The notes under the pieces were generated by a model. The model saw only the letters and a list, made by a program, of their open reading frames with translations. It did not search any database and was not told where the DNA came from. From Thiothrix sp. (GTDB taxonomy: Bacteria; Pseudomonadota; Gammaproteobacteria; Poriferisulfidales; GCA-002705445): a DNA stretch of 64,000 bases. The translations under genes were made by a program, and so were the position numbers. Positions 10,081 through 19,556 of the stretch are shown one piece after another (positions within the stretch are counted from its first letter, which is position 1; the number at the start of each line of letters is the position of its first letter). The DNA lies in contig JAYQIN010000002.1 in NCBI GenBank assembly GCA_038141665.1, positions 336,843 through 400,842 of the forward strand, written 5' to 3'.

Positions 10081-11731
10081 ATGCTATCAAGTATTTATAT
10101 CAAAAATTTTGCAATTATTGATGAGATAGAAATAGATTTTCATGAGAATATGTCTGTATTAACAGGAGAAACAGGTGCAGGGAAATCGATTTTAATTGAT
10201 GCTATAAATGTTGTTCTAGGAAACAAGAAAACAAATAAAATATCAAGAAATGAAGAAGTTGATACTGAAATTATCTGTCAATTTAATATATCAAATAAAA
10301 ATATATTTAAGATCCTAGAAGAAAAAGATTTGTTGGATGAAGACAACTGCATATTTAGAAGGAAAATAAATCAAAAAAATATTTCAAAAATATTTATAAA
10401 TGATAAACCAGTTACTTCTGGAACAGCAAAATTAATAGGAAGTCTCATTATAGATATTCATGGGCAGCATGAAAATCAATTAATACTATCTAAAGATGAA
10501 CAAAGAAATAGATTAGATAATTATATTGATTTGACTTCAAAAAAAAATGGAGTTAAAAGAATATTGTCAAATATAAGTAATATAAAAAAGTTGCTTGGTG
10601 AAATAGAGGTTGACCATAGTGAATATGACGATAAGGTTTCTCTTTTAGAGTTTGAGATAAATGAACTTGAACAGAATTGTGTGGAAAGTGAAGAATACGA
10701 TGAAATGTTTGAGGAGTATAAAAGACTGTCAAATGCTTTAGCGCTTAAAAATAAAATCATTGAATGTAAGGATATGATTAGATCAGATAATAATATTGAT
10801 TTAAATTCATTCCTGTCAAATGTCAATAAAGTGCTTGAAGATGTGAATAATATTGATGCAAGCGCAGAAGAATTACTAAGTATAAATATTAATATTCTTG
10901 ATCAAGTAGAATTTCTAACAAAATCTATAGAAAGATATGAAAATACTATAGAAATAAATGATGAGAGACTTGCTTTTTTAGATGAAAAAATATTATCACT
11001 AAATAAATTGGCACGAAAATATAATGAAGATGAAAAAGATCTTATAAACGTTCTAAACAATAAAAGATCGAAGCTAGAAAATTTGATAAAAAATAAAGAA
11101 AACATAGAAAATTATAATACTGAAATAAATGAAAATATTTCTAATTATCATATTGTTGCTGACGAAATTTCAAAAGCTAGAAAAAAAGAGTCCTTAAAAT
11201 TAGAAAAAAAAATCACCATGGAATTGAAAAAACTAGGTATGAATAATTGTGAATTTAAAATCTCTATAACCAGTGATAATAAATTAATTAGTAAGCATGG
11301 GTATGATAAGGTTATGTTTCTAATTAAAACAAATGCAAAATCCAAACTATTGCCTCTTAACGAAATTGCTTCTGGCGGCGAACTATCACGTTTAAGTTTG
11401 GTTATACAATTAGAAACAAGATCTAACAATGATTGTGAAACAATGATTTTTGATGAAATTGATACCGGTATTGGTGGTGCAACAGCAGAAGTATTAGGGA
11501 ATCTTCTTTCTAAATTATCGATCAAAAACACAAGTTTTATGCGTCACACATCTTGCGCAAGTAGCAGCTAAATCTAATCACCATTATCTTGTTAAAAAAG
11601 ATGATAAAACTTCTTCAACAGAGCTGATATATCTTAATGATGAAATGAAAATTAATGAGCTAGCGAGAATGATTGGTGGCATAGAACTTACGGACAAAAC
11701 CTTACAATTTGCTAAAGAACTGCTATCTTAA
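10081..11731 (+). pseudogene. recN: DNA repair protein RecN with a single frameshift near the C-terminus that is probably a sequencing artefact
   Basis: The N-terminus MLSSIYIKNFAIIDEIEIDF and the Walker A motif GETGAGKS are present. The ORF stops at 11571, but the +1 frame continues as QVLCVTHLAQVAAKSNHHYLVKKDD...GGIELTDKTLQFAKELLS, which is the RecN C-terminus. The shift sits at an A5 run near 11524. Confidence 0.85.
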
Positions 11732-11737
11732 GAGATT

Positions 11738-12154
11738 CTAATCTTCATCTAAAAACTCTCCGTATAAAATCATACTATGATCTAAAATTTTAAAATTATG
11801 CTCTTTTGCTAATTCTTTTTGTCTATTTTCTATAATTTCATCATAAAACTCTACTACTTTTCCAGTTTTTAAAGAAACCATATGATCATGGTGGTCTCCA
11901 TGATTGAGTTCAAAAACTGCCTGACTATTATTATCTGAATCAAAGTGATGTCTTATAACGATTTTTGCTGCTTCGAATTGAGTAAGCACCCTATAGACTG
12001 TTGCTAAACTTATAACTTCACCATCTTTTATTAATTCTTTATAGATATCTTCTGCAGACATATGATGATTATCAGCATTTTCTAATTTATTTAATATTTT
12101 AACTCTAGGTGAAGTTATTTTTAAACCAGCATTTTTTAATTCTATATTGCTCAT
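11738..12154 (-). CDS. fur: Ferric uptake regulator
   Basis: 138 aa, Fur family: MSNIELKNAGLKITSPRVKIL, plus the HHDH metal-site motifs. Confidence 0.9.
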   Translation of the reverse strand: MSNIELKNAGLKITSPRVKILNKLENADNHHMSAEDIYKELIKDGEVISLATVYRVLTQFEAAKIVIRHHFDSDNNSQAVFELNHGDHHDHMVSLKTGKVVEFYDEIIENRQKELAKEHNFKILDHSMILYGEFLDED

Positions 12155-12198
12155 AATTACTATATTATCCTTATTTAAAAGAACAATATAGTAAAAAA

Positions 12199-13176
12199 GT
12201 GAAAAATATTAAATTATTAATAATATCAATAATTGTTGCGCTAATAACAGGCTGTCAACTCTTGCCAGAAAACACACAGTTAAGAAGTTATAGAGTATTG
12301 GTTCAGCAAGGGAATGTAATTGATGAGAGTAAAGTTGACTCTTTAAAGATAAACATGACAAAAGAACAAGTAAAATTTTTATTAGGTGAGCCCATTTTAA
12401 ATAACATCTTCAACAAGAATAGATGGGACTATGTTTATTATAGAAAAAGAGATCCAGAAGAAACAAAATTAAATATGATAAGCATATTTTTTGAAAATGG
12501 AAATAGTTTAAGCATGAAAAGAATTTCAAAGAATGATAGTGGTTTATTTGAAATAACAAAAAAAAATAAAAATTTTCCAGACTTTACAAACGAAAGTAAG
12601 ACAGCTTCTATAGAAGAAAATATATTTGACGAAATTATATTACAAAGTGAAGATAAAGATAAAAAAGATAAAAGAAGCGAAAATTCTGAATTGAATAAAT
12701 TAGAAGAAAAAAAAGATAATGAAAATAATAAAAAAGTAGGAAAAATTGATTCTAAAATTTCAAAAAACAATATTAAGGAAGAATCAGAAACAAAAAAAAC
12801 AGAAGATGTTGTGAAGAAAAATATACCTCAGGATAATTACGAAGAAAAAGTAAGAAAAAATGATTATGAAATTGTCAAGTCTGTAATTCAAGAATGGAAA
12901 AAATCCTGGGAAAATAAAGATACTAAAAAATACTTTTCTTATTATTTAGATAATTACGCTTCTGAAAAATTTAATGATCATAATCTTTGGAAAAAACATA
13001 GGTTAAGCCGTATACAAAAAAATTCTAGCATAGAAATTAAAATATCTGATTTAGAAATTGAATTTAATATAGATATAGATGAAATTTCTCATGTTTCATT
13101 TAAACAAGAATATAAATCTAAAAGCTACTCCGATGCTGTAATTAAAAAAATTATACTAATAAAAAAAAGACAATAA
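12199..13176 (+). CDS. bamE: BamE (SmpA/OmlA) outer-membrane lipoprotein with a long charged linker and an extra C-terminal domain
   Basis: Lipobox LITGC, then a BamE-like domain (YRVLVQQGNVIDESKV...EQVKFLLGEP...RWDYVYY). A roughly 110-aa Lys/Glu/Asp-rich low-complexity region follows, then a roughly 100-aa domain (VIQEWKKSWENKDTKKYFSYYLDNYA) resembling NTF2/SnoaL-like folds. Confidence 0.7.
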   Translation: MKNIKLLIISIIVALITGCQLLPENTQLRSYRVLVQQGNVIDESKVDSLKINMTKEQVKFLLGEPILNNIFNKNRWDYVYYRKRDPEETKLNMISIFFENGNSLSMKRISKNDSGLFEITKKNKNFPDFTNESKTASIEENIFDEIILQSEDKDKKDKRSENSELNKLEEKKDNENNKKVGKIDSKISKNNIKEESETKKTEDVVKKNIPQDNYEEKVRKNDYEIVKSVIQEWKKSWENKDTKKYFSYYLDNYASEKFNDHNLWKKHRLSRIQKNSSIEIKISDLEIEFNIDIDEISHVSFKQEYKSKSYSDAVIKKIILIKKRQ

Positions 13177-13212
13177 TTGGAAAATTATTAGTGAAAAAAT
13201 TATTGAAAATAT

Positions 13213-13500
13213 TTATTGATTTCTTTTAAAATTATGTTTTCTTTTATCATTGGGGCTCATTTTTAGTTCATCTAGTATCTCAATGCGGTCATTCTCTTTT
13301 ATCATGTAGTCTGAACTTATTATTTCCCCGTAGCAACCAAAAATCTTTTGAGATAAAAATTCTTTTGAAAATATTGATTTTTCAACTAAATCATTTAATA
13401 CCGATTTCAAAGTAAGATTTTTTGAAAACGTAATGTTATTAATGATAATTTTATTATTTGAGCTAATGTAAATAATTTCGATATAACTATGATTTTTCAT
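13213..13500 (-). CDS. RnfH/RatB family ubiquitin-like protein
   Basis: 95 aa, Ub-like RnfH pattern (IEIIY...L.ENDRIEIL). It is adjacent to ratA and bamE as in E. coli (yfjF). Confidence 0.6.
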   Translation of the reverse strand: MKNHSYIEIIYISSNNKIIINNITFSKNLTLKSVLNDLVEKSIFSKEFLSQKIFGCYGEIISSDYMIKENDRIEILDELKMSPNDKRKHNFKRNQ

Positions 13501-13530
13501 AGTTGTTTTTTCGATTGTGCAACAAATGAT

Positions 13531-13920
13531 TTAACAAGAATATCTGATATTTTTTCTAATGACCTCCCCAAAGCATAATCTATTATTTTGCTTTTTGATT
13601 TCATAGTTAAGTGATAACTCTATTATCGTTTTATTATCTACTTCTTTAAATCTCCATTCACCATCTAATTGCTTAAAAGGTCCTTCAATTAATACCATTT
13701 GTATAGACTCATTACGCTTAATAATATTTTTTGTTGTAAATGATGTTTTTATTCCTCTTACATCGAAGTCTAATTTTGCTTTCATTAAATTTTCTTCTTC
13801 TGAAATAATTTTTGAATCCACACAGTAAGGTACGAAATTTTTATATAAGTTTACATTATTTACAATATCAAAAACGCTTTGTCTTTTTTTAAGTATTATA
13901 GCTTCTTTTTTTATTTTCAT
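13531..13920 (-). CDS. ratA: RatA-family SRPBCC protein (ribosome-association toxin RatA / YfjG-like)
   Basis: 129 aa SRPBCC-like protein in the conserved position between rnfH and smpB. The C-terminus may be slightly truncated. Confidence 0.6.
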   Translation of the reverse strand: MKIKKEAIILKKRQSVFDIVNNVNLYKNFVPYCVDSKIISEEENLMKAKLDFDVRGIKTSFTTKNIIKRNESIQMVLIEGPFKQLDGEWRFKEVDNKTIIELSLNYEIKKQNNRLCFGEVIRKNIRYSC

Positions 13921-13929
13921 TTTTCTTTA

Positions 13930-15303
13930 CTAGAAAATATTTATATCAAGCCCAATTGCGTTTAACATTACAAATATTACAGCTATTGGAGCTATAATTC
14001 TTGCCGAGAAATACCAAACAAATTTTAAAATTTTTGATTTTATTTTTAGCTCTGAATCGATATTTTCTTTAGAAATTAGCCAACCTACAAATATTGTTAT
14101 CAAAATTCCACCCATTGGTAATAAAATATTTGATGTTAGATAATCTAATAGTTCAAATATAGTCATCCCAAAAATCTTAATGTCCTTGCCTATATTAAAT
14201 GAAATAATTGTTCCTATTCCTATAAACCAAGCAAAGCTTGTAGCAATTGTTGCAGCCTTTATTCTTGTTATATTATATTTCTCTATTAGCCAAATTATCA
14301 TCGGCTCTATTAAAGATATTGACGATGTCCAGGCAGCAAAGATTAATAATATAAAAAATAAAGTTCCAAATAGCTGTCCGCCTGGCATTGCTGCAAAAGC
14401 AACTGTGAGCGTTTGAAATATTAACCCTGGACCCTGAGTCATTTCTAAACCACTAGAAATCACAATTGGAAAAATAGCTAAGCCTGCAAGTAGAGCAACG
14501 ATTGTGTCAAGCGTAGCTACAATTACACACGTTTGTGGTATTGATATATCGCTAGATAAATATGAGCCATAAACCATTAATGCGCCCATTCCTAAACTTA
14601 AACTAAAAAAGGCTTGACCCATAGCAATTAAGACTGTCTCCCATGTTATCTGCGAAAAATCAGGATAAAGCATAAAAGTCAATCCTTCATAAAATTTTCC
14701 TTCAATTGCCGAAAAAATTACAAGCGCTAGTAACAAAACTAACAAAGCTGGCATCAATCGTATCACTGCACTTTCAAGGCCAGATTTAACACCTTTCGCA
14801 ACAACGATTGCCGTAATTATTGTAAATATTGTATGCCAAGCTAATAGTCTTTCTGGATCTGATATCAGGTTCTCAAACATTGTTGCTGCTGCAATAGCAT
14901 CTATATTGTTCAAATTACCAAATGCAGTTCTAACAGAATATGCCATGGTCCAACCAGCTATTACAGCGTAATAAGATAAAATTAGTATTCCAGATAATAT
15001 TCCTATAAAGCCAATAATTTGCCAATTTTTTGACCTTTTTTCTTTATCAGATATATATTTGATAGAAGCTATGGGATTTAATCTTCCCCTTTTGCCTAAA
15101 TAAACCTCAGCCAACATAATAGGTATTCCAATAAAAATAACGCACAGAATGTAGATTAATACAAAAGCGCCGCCTCCATTTTCTCCGGTTATGTATGGAA
15201 ATTTCCAGATATTACCTAATCCAACAGCAGAGCCAGTTGCAGCTAAAATAAAAGCTGTTCTTGAAGACCATTCACCATGTGAGGATGTTCTGTTTATTGC
15301 CAT
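13930..15303 (-). CDS. Sodium-dependent transporter, neurotransmitter:sodium symporter (SNF/NSS) family
   Basis: 457 aa, about 12 TM. The N-terminal NSS signature is SRTAFILAATGSAVGLGNIWKFPY. Confidence 0.85.
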   Translation of the reverse strand: MAINRTSSHGEWSSRTAFILAATGSAVGLGNIWKFPYITGENGGGAFVLIYILCVIFIGIPIMLAEVYLGKRGRLNPIASIKYISDKEKRSKNWQIIGFIGILSGILILSYYAVIAGWTMAYSVRTAFGNLNNIDAIAAATMFENLISDPERLLAWHTIFTIITAIVVAKGVKSGLESAVIRLMPALLVLLLALVIFSAIEGKFYEGLTFMLYPDFSQITWETVLIAMGQAFFSLSLGMGALMVYGSYLSSDISIPQTCVIVATLDTIVALLAGLAIFPIVISSGLEMTQGPGLIFQTLTVAFAAMPGGQLFGTLFFILLIFAAWTSSISLIEPMIIWLIEKYNITRIKAATIATSFAWFIGIGTIISFNIGKDIKIFGMTIFELLDYLTSNILLPMGGILITIFVGWLISKENIDSELKIKSKILKFVWYFSARIIAPIAVIFVMLNAIGLDINIF

Positions 15304-15341
15304 TAGTAGCTAGTATTTATTATGTTAATATTGTCAATATT

Positions 15342-15824
15342 ATGGGAAAAAGAACTAAAGTTACAGAAAATATTATCGCTGTCAACAAAAAAGCGACTTA
15401 TGACTATTTTATTCTTGAAAAAATGGAAGCTGGCATTGTGCTCGAAGGGTGGGAGGTTAAAGGCATTAGAGATTTAAAAGTTCAAATAAATGAATCTTAT
15501 GTAAAAATTAGTAAGGGAAATATAATATTAATTGGTTCAAATATTACGCCTCCATCTTACATTAATAAAGATACAGTAAAAGATCCATCAAGAACAAGAA
15601 AGTTATTATTAAATCAAAAAGAGATCAATACATTAATTGGAAAAGTTCAAAAAGAGGGTCTAACTTTAATTCCACTTACTCTTTATTGGAAAAATAATAA
15701 AATAAAGTTACAACTTGGCGTCGCAAAAGGTAAAAAGAAATTTGACAAGAGGCAATCAGAAAAGAAAAAAGATTGGGCTATTGAAAAAGATCGAATTGCA
15801 AAAACTAAATTAAAAAGTAAGTAA
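15342..15824 (+). CDS. smpB: SsrA-binding protein SmpB
   Basis: Starting at the internal Met gives a 160-aa SmpB (MGKRTKVTENIIAVNKKATYDYFILE...), with the typical basic C-terminal tail. Confidence 0.9.
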   Translation: MGKRTKVTENIIAVNKKATYDYFILEKMEAGIVLEGWEVKGIRDLKVQINESYVKISKGNIILIGSNITPPSYINKDTVKDPSRTRKLLLNQKEINTLIGKVQKEGLTLIPLTLYWKNNKIKLQLGVAKGKKKFDKRQSEKKKDWAIEKDRIAKTKLKSK

Positions 15825-15825
15825 A

Positions 15826-16029
15826 TTAATCTTTATTACAAGAGAATACTTCTTGCTCTAAATTCATTCCACTTAATTTTACACCCTCAACACAATCTAC
15901 ATAACTACTATATTCTCCAATAACACCTTCGCTGCTTGTTGCAACCCAGTTTCCTGAATCTTCGCTATACTTCAAGAAGCCCCAAAAACCGACTATAAGT
16001 AGGATTATTAGCATAAAAATTTTATCCAT
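15826..16029 (-). CDS. Hypothetical small membrane-anchored protein
   Basis: 67 aa with an N-terminal TM helix and two Cys. No recognisable family. Confidence 0.3.
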   Translation of the reverse strand: MDKIFMLIILLIVGFWGFLKYSEDSGNWVATSSEGVIGEYSSYVDCVEGVKLSGMNLEQEVFSCNKD

Positions 16030-16072
16030 CAGATTTCCGCCTTTTATTAATTTAATTATTCGATCTATTATA

Positions 16073-16774
16073 TCAAAACTTTGAAATATTCCAAATACAA
16101 CTCCCTTCAGAATCTTTATCTATTTTTTCGCAAAATTCCCTGTGTTCTCTCAGCTCATCTTCACTAGCTCTATAAACTGGTGATTTACCAACATGTTTTT
16201 TTTCATAAACAATATCTTTAATTTCTTCGCTATCTTTAACTAAATCAAAAGAAGTTTGCCCTCCAGTGAGAAGCAAATAAACATCTGCAAGAATTCTTGC
16301 GTCTAACAAAGCACCATGAAAATCACGAGAAGAATTATCTACACCATATCTTTTACATAAAGCATCAAGACTATTTTTTTGGCCAGGGTGAATTTTTCTA
16401 GCAAAAACTAGTGTATCAAATATTTTACAACTTTTACTAATATCTATTCTATGGTTAGCTTTTTTAAATTCGGCCTCTAAAAAACCAATATCAAATGGAG
16501 CATTATGAATTATTAGCTCCGAATCATTAATGAAATTAAACAGTTCATCTTTTATATCACTAAAAATAGGTTTATCTTTTAAAAATTCATTAGTAATACC
16601 ATGAACACTAATAGCACCTTGATCTATTTCACGCATAGGATTTAAATATTGATGAAATTTATTACCAGTAAATTTTCTATCTATTAATTCTATGCAACCA
16701 ATTTCAATTATCTTATGATTTCTTGTTACATCAAGTCCGGTTGTTTCAGTATCGAGAATAATTTGTCTATTCAT
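16073..16774 (-). CDS. dnaQ: DNA polymerase III epsilon subunit (3'-5' proofreading exonuclease)
   Basis: IILDTETTGLD Exo I motif and DEDDh exonuclease motifs. Adjacent to rnhA as in E. coli. Confidence 0.9.
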   Translation of the reverse strand: MNRQIILDTETTGLDVTRNHKIIEIGCIELIDRKFTGNKFHQYLNPMREIDQGAISVHGITNEFLKDKPIFSDIKDELFNFINDSELIIHNAPFDIGFLEAEFKKANHRIDISKSCKIFDTLVFARKIHPGQKNSLDALCKRYGVDNSSRDFHGALLDARILADVYLLLTGGQTSFDLVKDSEEIKDIVYEKKHVGKSPVYRASEDELREHREFCEKIDKDSEGSCIWNISKF

Positions 16775-17219
16775 TTTTGCTATCTCCTTTAGTTTTTATA
16801 GCAAGATTTGCAAGACTATCAGCTGTTTCATTTCCTTTATTTCCACTATGACCTTTTACCCAATTCCATTCAATAGAGTTCATAGAATTCAATTTATCAA
16901 TAGTTTTCCATAAATCAATATTTTTTACATCTTTATTTGTAGATGTTCTCCAATTATTTTTTTTCCAATTATGAATCCATATATTAATTCCGTTCATTAA
17001 ATATTTTGAGTCAGTATAAAGAATAATATTCGATTTATCGCCAACATATTTTATTGCCTCAATAGCAGCAATTATTTCCATTCTATTATTAGTTGTGCTT
17101 TTCTCATAACCGTATAATTTAATTATAGAATTATTTACCTCTAATAAAGCGCCCCACCCTCCTTCTCCTGGATTTCCTTTGCATGCTCCATCTGTATATA
17201 TAATAATATTATTTTTCAT
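16767..17219 (-). CDS. rnhA: Ribonuclease HI
   Basis: 150 aa with IIIYTDGACKGNPGEGGWGALL, the canonical RNase H active-site region. Confidence 0.92.
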   Translation of the reverse strand: MKNNIIIYTDGACKGNPGEGGWGALLEVNNSIIKLYGYEKSTTNNRMEIIAAIEAIKYVGDKSNIILYTDSKYLMNGINIWIHNWKKNNWRTSTNKDVKNIDLWKTIDKLNSMNSIEWNWVKGHSGNKGNETADSLANLAIKTKGDSKNE

Positions 17220-17934
17220 AGTTGTTATGAATCATTGGTTTGGAAAATTTTCCTAAAATGATATTATTTTTTTTATGCCAGTTTTTTATTGATATAAATT
17301 TATATGTATTTTTCTTTGCATGCAAAATATAAGTATTTCCAAAAAAATTTATTTTAGAAAATATGGAATTGTTAAGAAATCTAAAATACTGTAAAAATTT
17401 TTCATTCTTGAATGGTGGTATTTTATTTATATTAAATATTCTATAAATTTCGTAAGAAAATAATTTTGACCAGTCTTCGAGTCTACTCATGCTTATATAA
17501 TTTTTTCTTTTAAAAATGGAATCAATTCTCAGAAAATTAAAAATACCTATAAAACTATTCTTATTGAAAGAGGCTATAATAATTTCCCCATCATCAACAA
17601 GAACTCGATTTACTTCTCTAAAAGCTGCATGTGGATCTTTATTGATTTCCAAGGAATGAATAAGAACAACACAATCTATTGATCCTTCCTCAAATGGTAA
17701 TTTTTCAATTTCAGCTTTGATATCACATGTTTCAAAAGTTGAAATATAAAAATTTTTATAACTAGAATTATCATTTATTATGTTTTTTATTATAATGCTT
17801 GGGCCAATATAAATTATATTTTTATCAAATTTATTACTAACAATATGATTAATTGAACTCTTGACTAAGATTTTATTTATTTTTCCTGACTCTGTTTTAT
17901 ACCAATTATTAAGTTCTTTTATGCTAAAGTTCAT
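17209..17934 (-). CDS. Class I SAM-dependent methyltransferase (YafS-like)
   Basis: Methyltransferase type-11 region (DCVVLIHSLE...VLVDDGEIII). Its position next to rnhA-dnaQ mirrors E. coli yafS. Confidence 0.6.
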   Translation of the reverse strand: MNFSIKELNNWYKTESGKINKILVKSSINHIVSNKFDKNIIYIGPSIIIKNIINDNSSYKNFYISTFETCDIKAEIEKLPFEEGSIDCVVLIHSLEINKDPHAAFREVNRVLVDDGEIIIASFNKNSFIGIFNFLRIDSIFKRKNYISMSRLEDWSKLFSYEIYRIFNINKIPPFKNEKFLQYFRFLNNSIFSKINFFGNTYILHAKKNTYKFISIKNWHKKNNIILGKFSKPMIHNNYEK

Positions 17935-17936
17935 AT

Positions 17937-19556
17937 TTAATTTTTAATTTGTGGCACAGATTTTAAAAGATTTTTCGTATAATTATTTTTTGTATTATTT
18001 ATTATATCAGACGTTTTTCCACTCTCAACTATCTTTCCTTTATACATTACAGATATTGTGTCTGAAATATTTGATATTAATTTAATGTCATGAGATATAA
18101 ATAAGTACGATATTTGAACTCGATTTTGAATATCCATTAGCAAATCAAGAACCTGTTTTTGAACTGTAACATCTAGTGAGCTTGTAGGCTCGTCACATAC
18201 TAGCAATTTTGGCTCTAAAACTAATACTCTAGCGATAGCTATCCTTTGTCTTTGGCCTCCAGAAAACTCGTGAGGATACTTATATAAAGAATCAACATCA
18301 AGACCAACGCTTTTAATAACATCTTCTACAAGATTATTTGTTTCAGTCTTATTTAACTGAGGTTTTAGGAAGCACAAACCTTCTTTTATAATGTTGCCAA
18401 CACGCATCCTTGGATTTAATGATGAAAAAGGATCTTGAAAAATCATCTGATAGAATTTCCTAAAATTTCTCATATTTGATCCATATAAAGTTGTAATATC
18501 TTGATTTAGTATTTCTATATGTCCAGAAGTTATATGCGTTAATCCCATTATTGCTTTTGCAATAGTTGTTTTACCTGATCCTGATTCTCCAACAATAGAA
18601 TGTATAGATCCTTGTTTCATTGAAAAACTTACATCATCAACAGCTTTTATATAAGATTCGTTTCTAGAGAACATAGTATTTTTTTCCTTAAAGTACACCC
18701 TAAGATTTTTGATATTTAAAATATTTTCATTAGGTAAAGAAATATTTTCTTTTAATTTCCTGCTATAAAATGATGATTCTAACAATGATTTACTGTATTC
18801 ATCTTTTGGTTTAATAAAAAATTCTTTACTTTGGTTATTTTCAATAATAGTCCCGTTTTTCATTACTATAATTCTATCTGATATTTGAGAAGCCACAGCA
18901 AGATCATGTGTAATAAATAAAATAGCCATATTTAATTTTTCTTTAAGTTCTAAAAGTAAATCTAAAACTTGTTTTTGAATTGTCACATCTAAAGACGTAG
19001 TTGGCTCGTCAGCTATTAATAATTTTGGCTTACAGGAAATAGCCATAGCAATCATTACTCTTTGTTTCATGCCTCCAGATAATTGATGTGGGTATAAATT
19101 AATTACACGATTAGCATCATTGATACCAACAGAAATTAAATTTTGAATAATTTTAGAATCTATATCTTTATCTTTATAATTATCATAAGATTCTAGTAAT
19201 TGATCTCTAATACTCATTACTGGATTTAATGATCTCATTGGTTCTTGAAAAATCATAGATATATCATTTTTTCTAATTTTTCGCATTTCCTTTTCTTCAA
19301 TTTGCAGTAAATCTTTATCTAAAAATTTTATTTCTCCATTAACTATTTTGCACGATTTTTCTAATAACCTTATTATTGATAATGCAGTTAAAGATTTGCC
19401 ACTTCCTGACTCACCAATTAAAGAAACAACCTCAGATTTTTTTATTTCGAAGTTTATATTTCTTAATATCTCATTTTCTTTATTGGATTTAATTCTTAAA
19501 TATAAATTTTTTACTTGAAGTAAGTTATTCATAATTTTTACTCGCTCTAGGATCAA
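17937..19556 (-). CDS. yejF: ABC transporter ATP-binding protein with two fused ABC domains; peptide/microcin C importer YejF
   Basis: 539 aa with two Walker A motifs (GESGSGKS, GESGSGKT) and two LSGG signature/Walker B sets. It is cotranscribed with the yejE/yejB permeases. Confidence 0.9.
   Translation of the reverse strand: MILERVKIMNNLLQVKNLYLRIKSNKENEILRNINFEIKKSEVVSLIGESGSGKSLTALSIIRLLEKSCKIVNGEIKFLDKDLLQIEEKEMRKIRKNDISMIFQEPMRSLNPVMSIRDQLLESYDNYKDKDIDSKIIQNLISVGINDANRVINLYPHQLSGGMKQRVMIAMAISCKPKLLIADEPTTSLDVTIQKQVLDLLLELKEKLNMAILFITHDLAVASQISDRIIVMKNGTIIENNQSKEFFIKPKDEYSKSLLESSFYSRKLKENISLPNENILNIKNLRVYFKEKNTMFSRNESYIKAVDDVSFSMKQGSIHSIVGESGSGKTTIAKAIMGLTHITSGHIEILNQDITTLYGSNMRNFRKFYQMIFQDPFSSLNPRMRVGNIIKEGLCFLKPQLNKTETNNLVEDVIKSVGLDVDSLYKYPHEFSGGQRQRIAIARVLVLEPKLLVCDEPTSSLDVTVQKQVLDLLMDIQNRVQISYLFISHDIKLISNISDTISVMYKGKIVESGKTSDIINNTKNNYTKNLLKSVPQIKN

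Noticed and set aside
15825-16072. Looked for tmRNA (ssrA) downstream of smpB
   Set aside because: Only about 250 nt separate smpB from dnaQ, and a small ORF occupies the gap. That is too short for a roughly 360-nt tmRNA, and no tRNA-Ala-like acceptor/T-arm (GGGGCTG...TCCACCA) is present.
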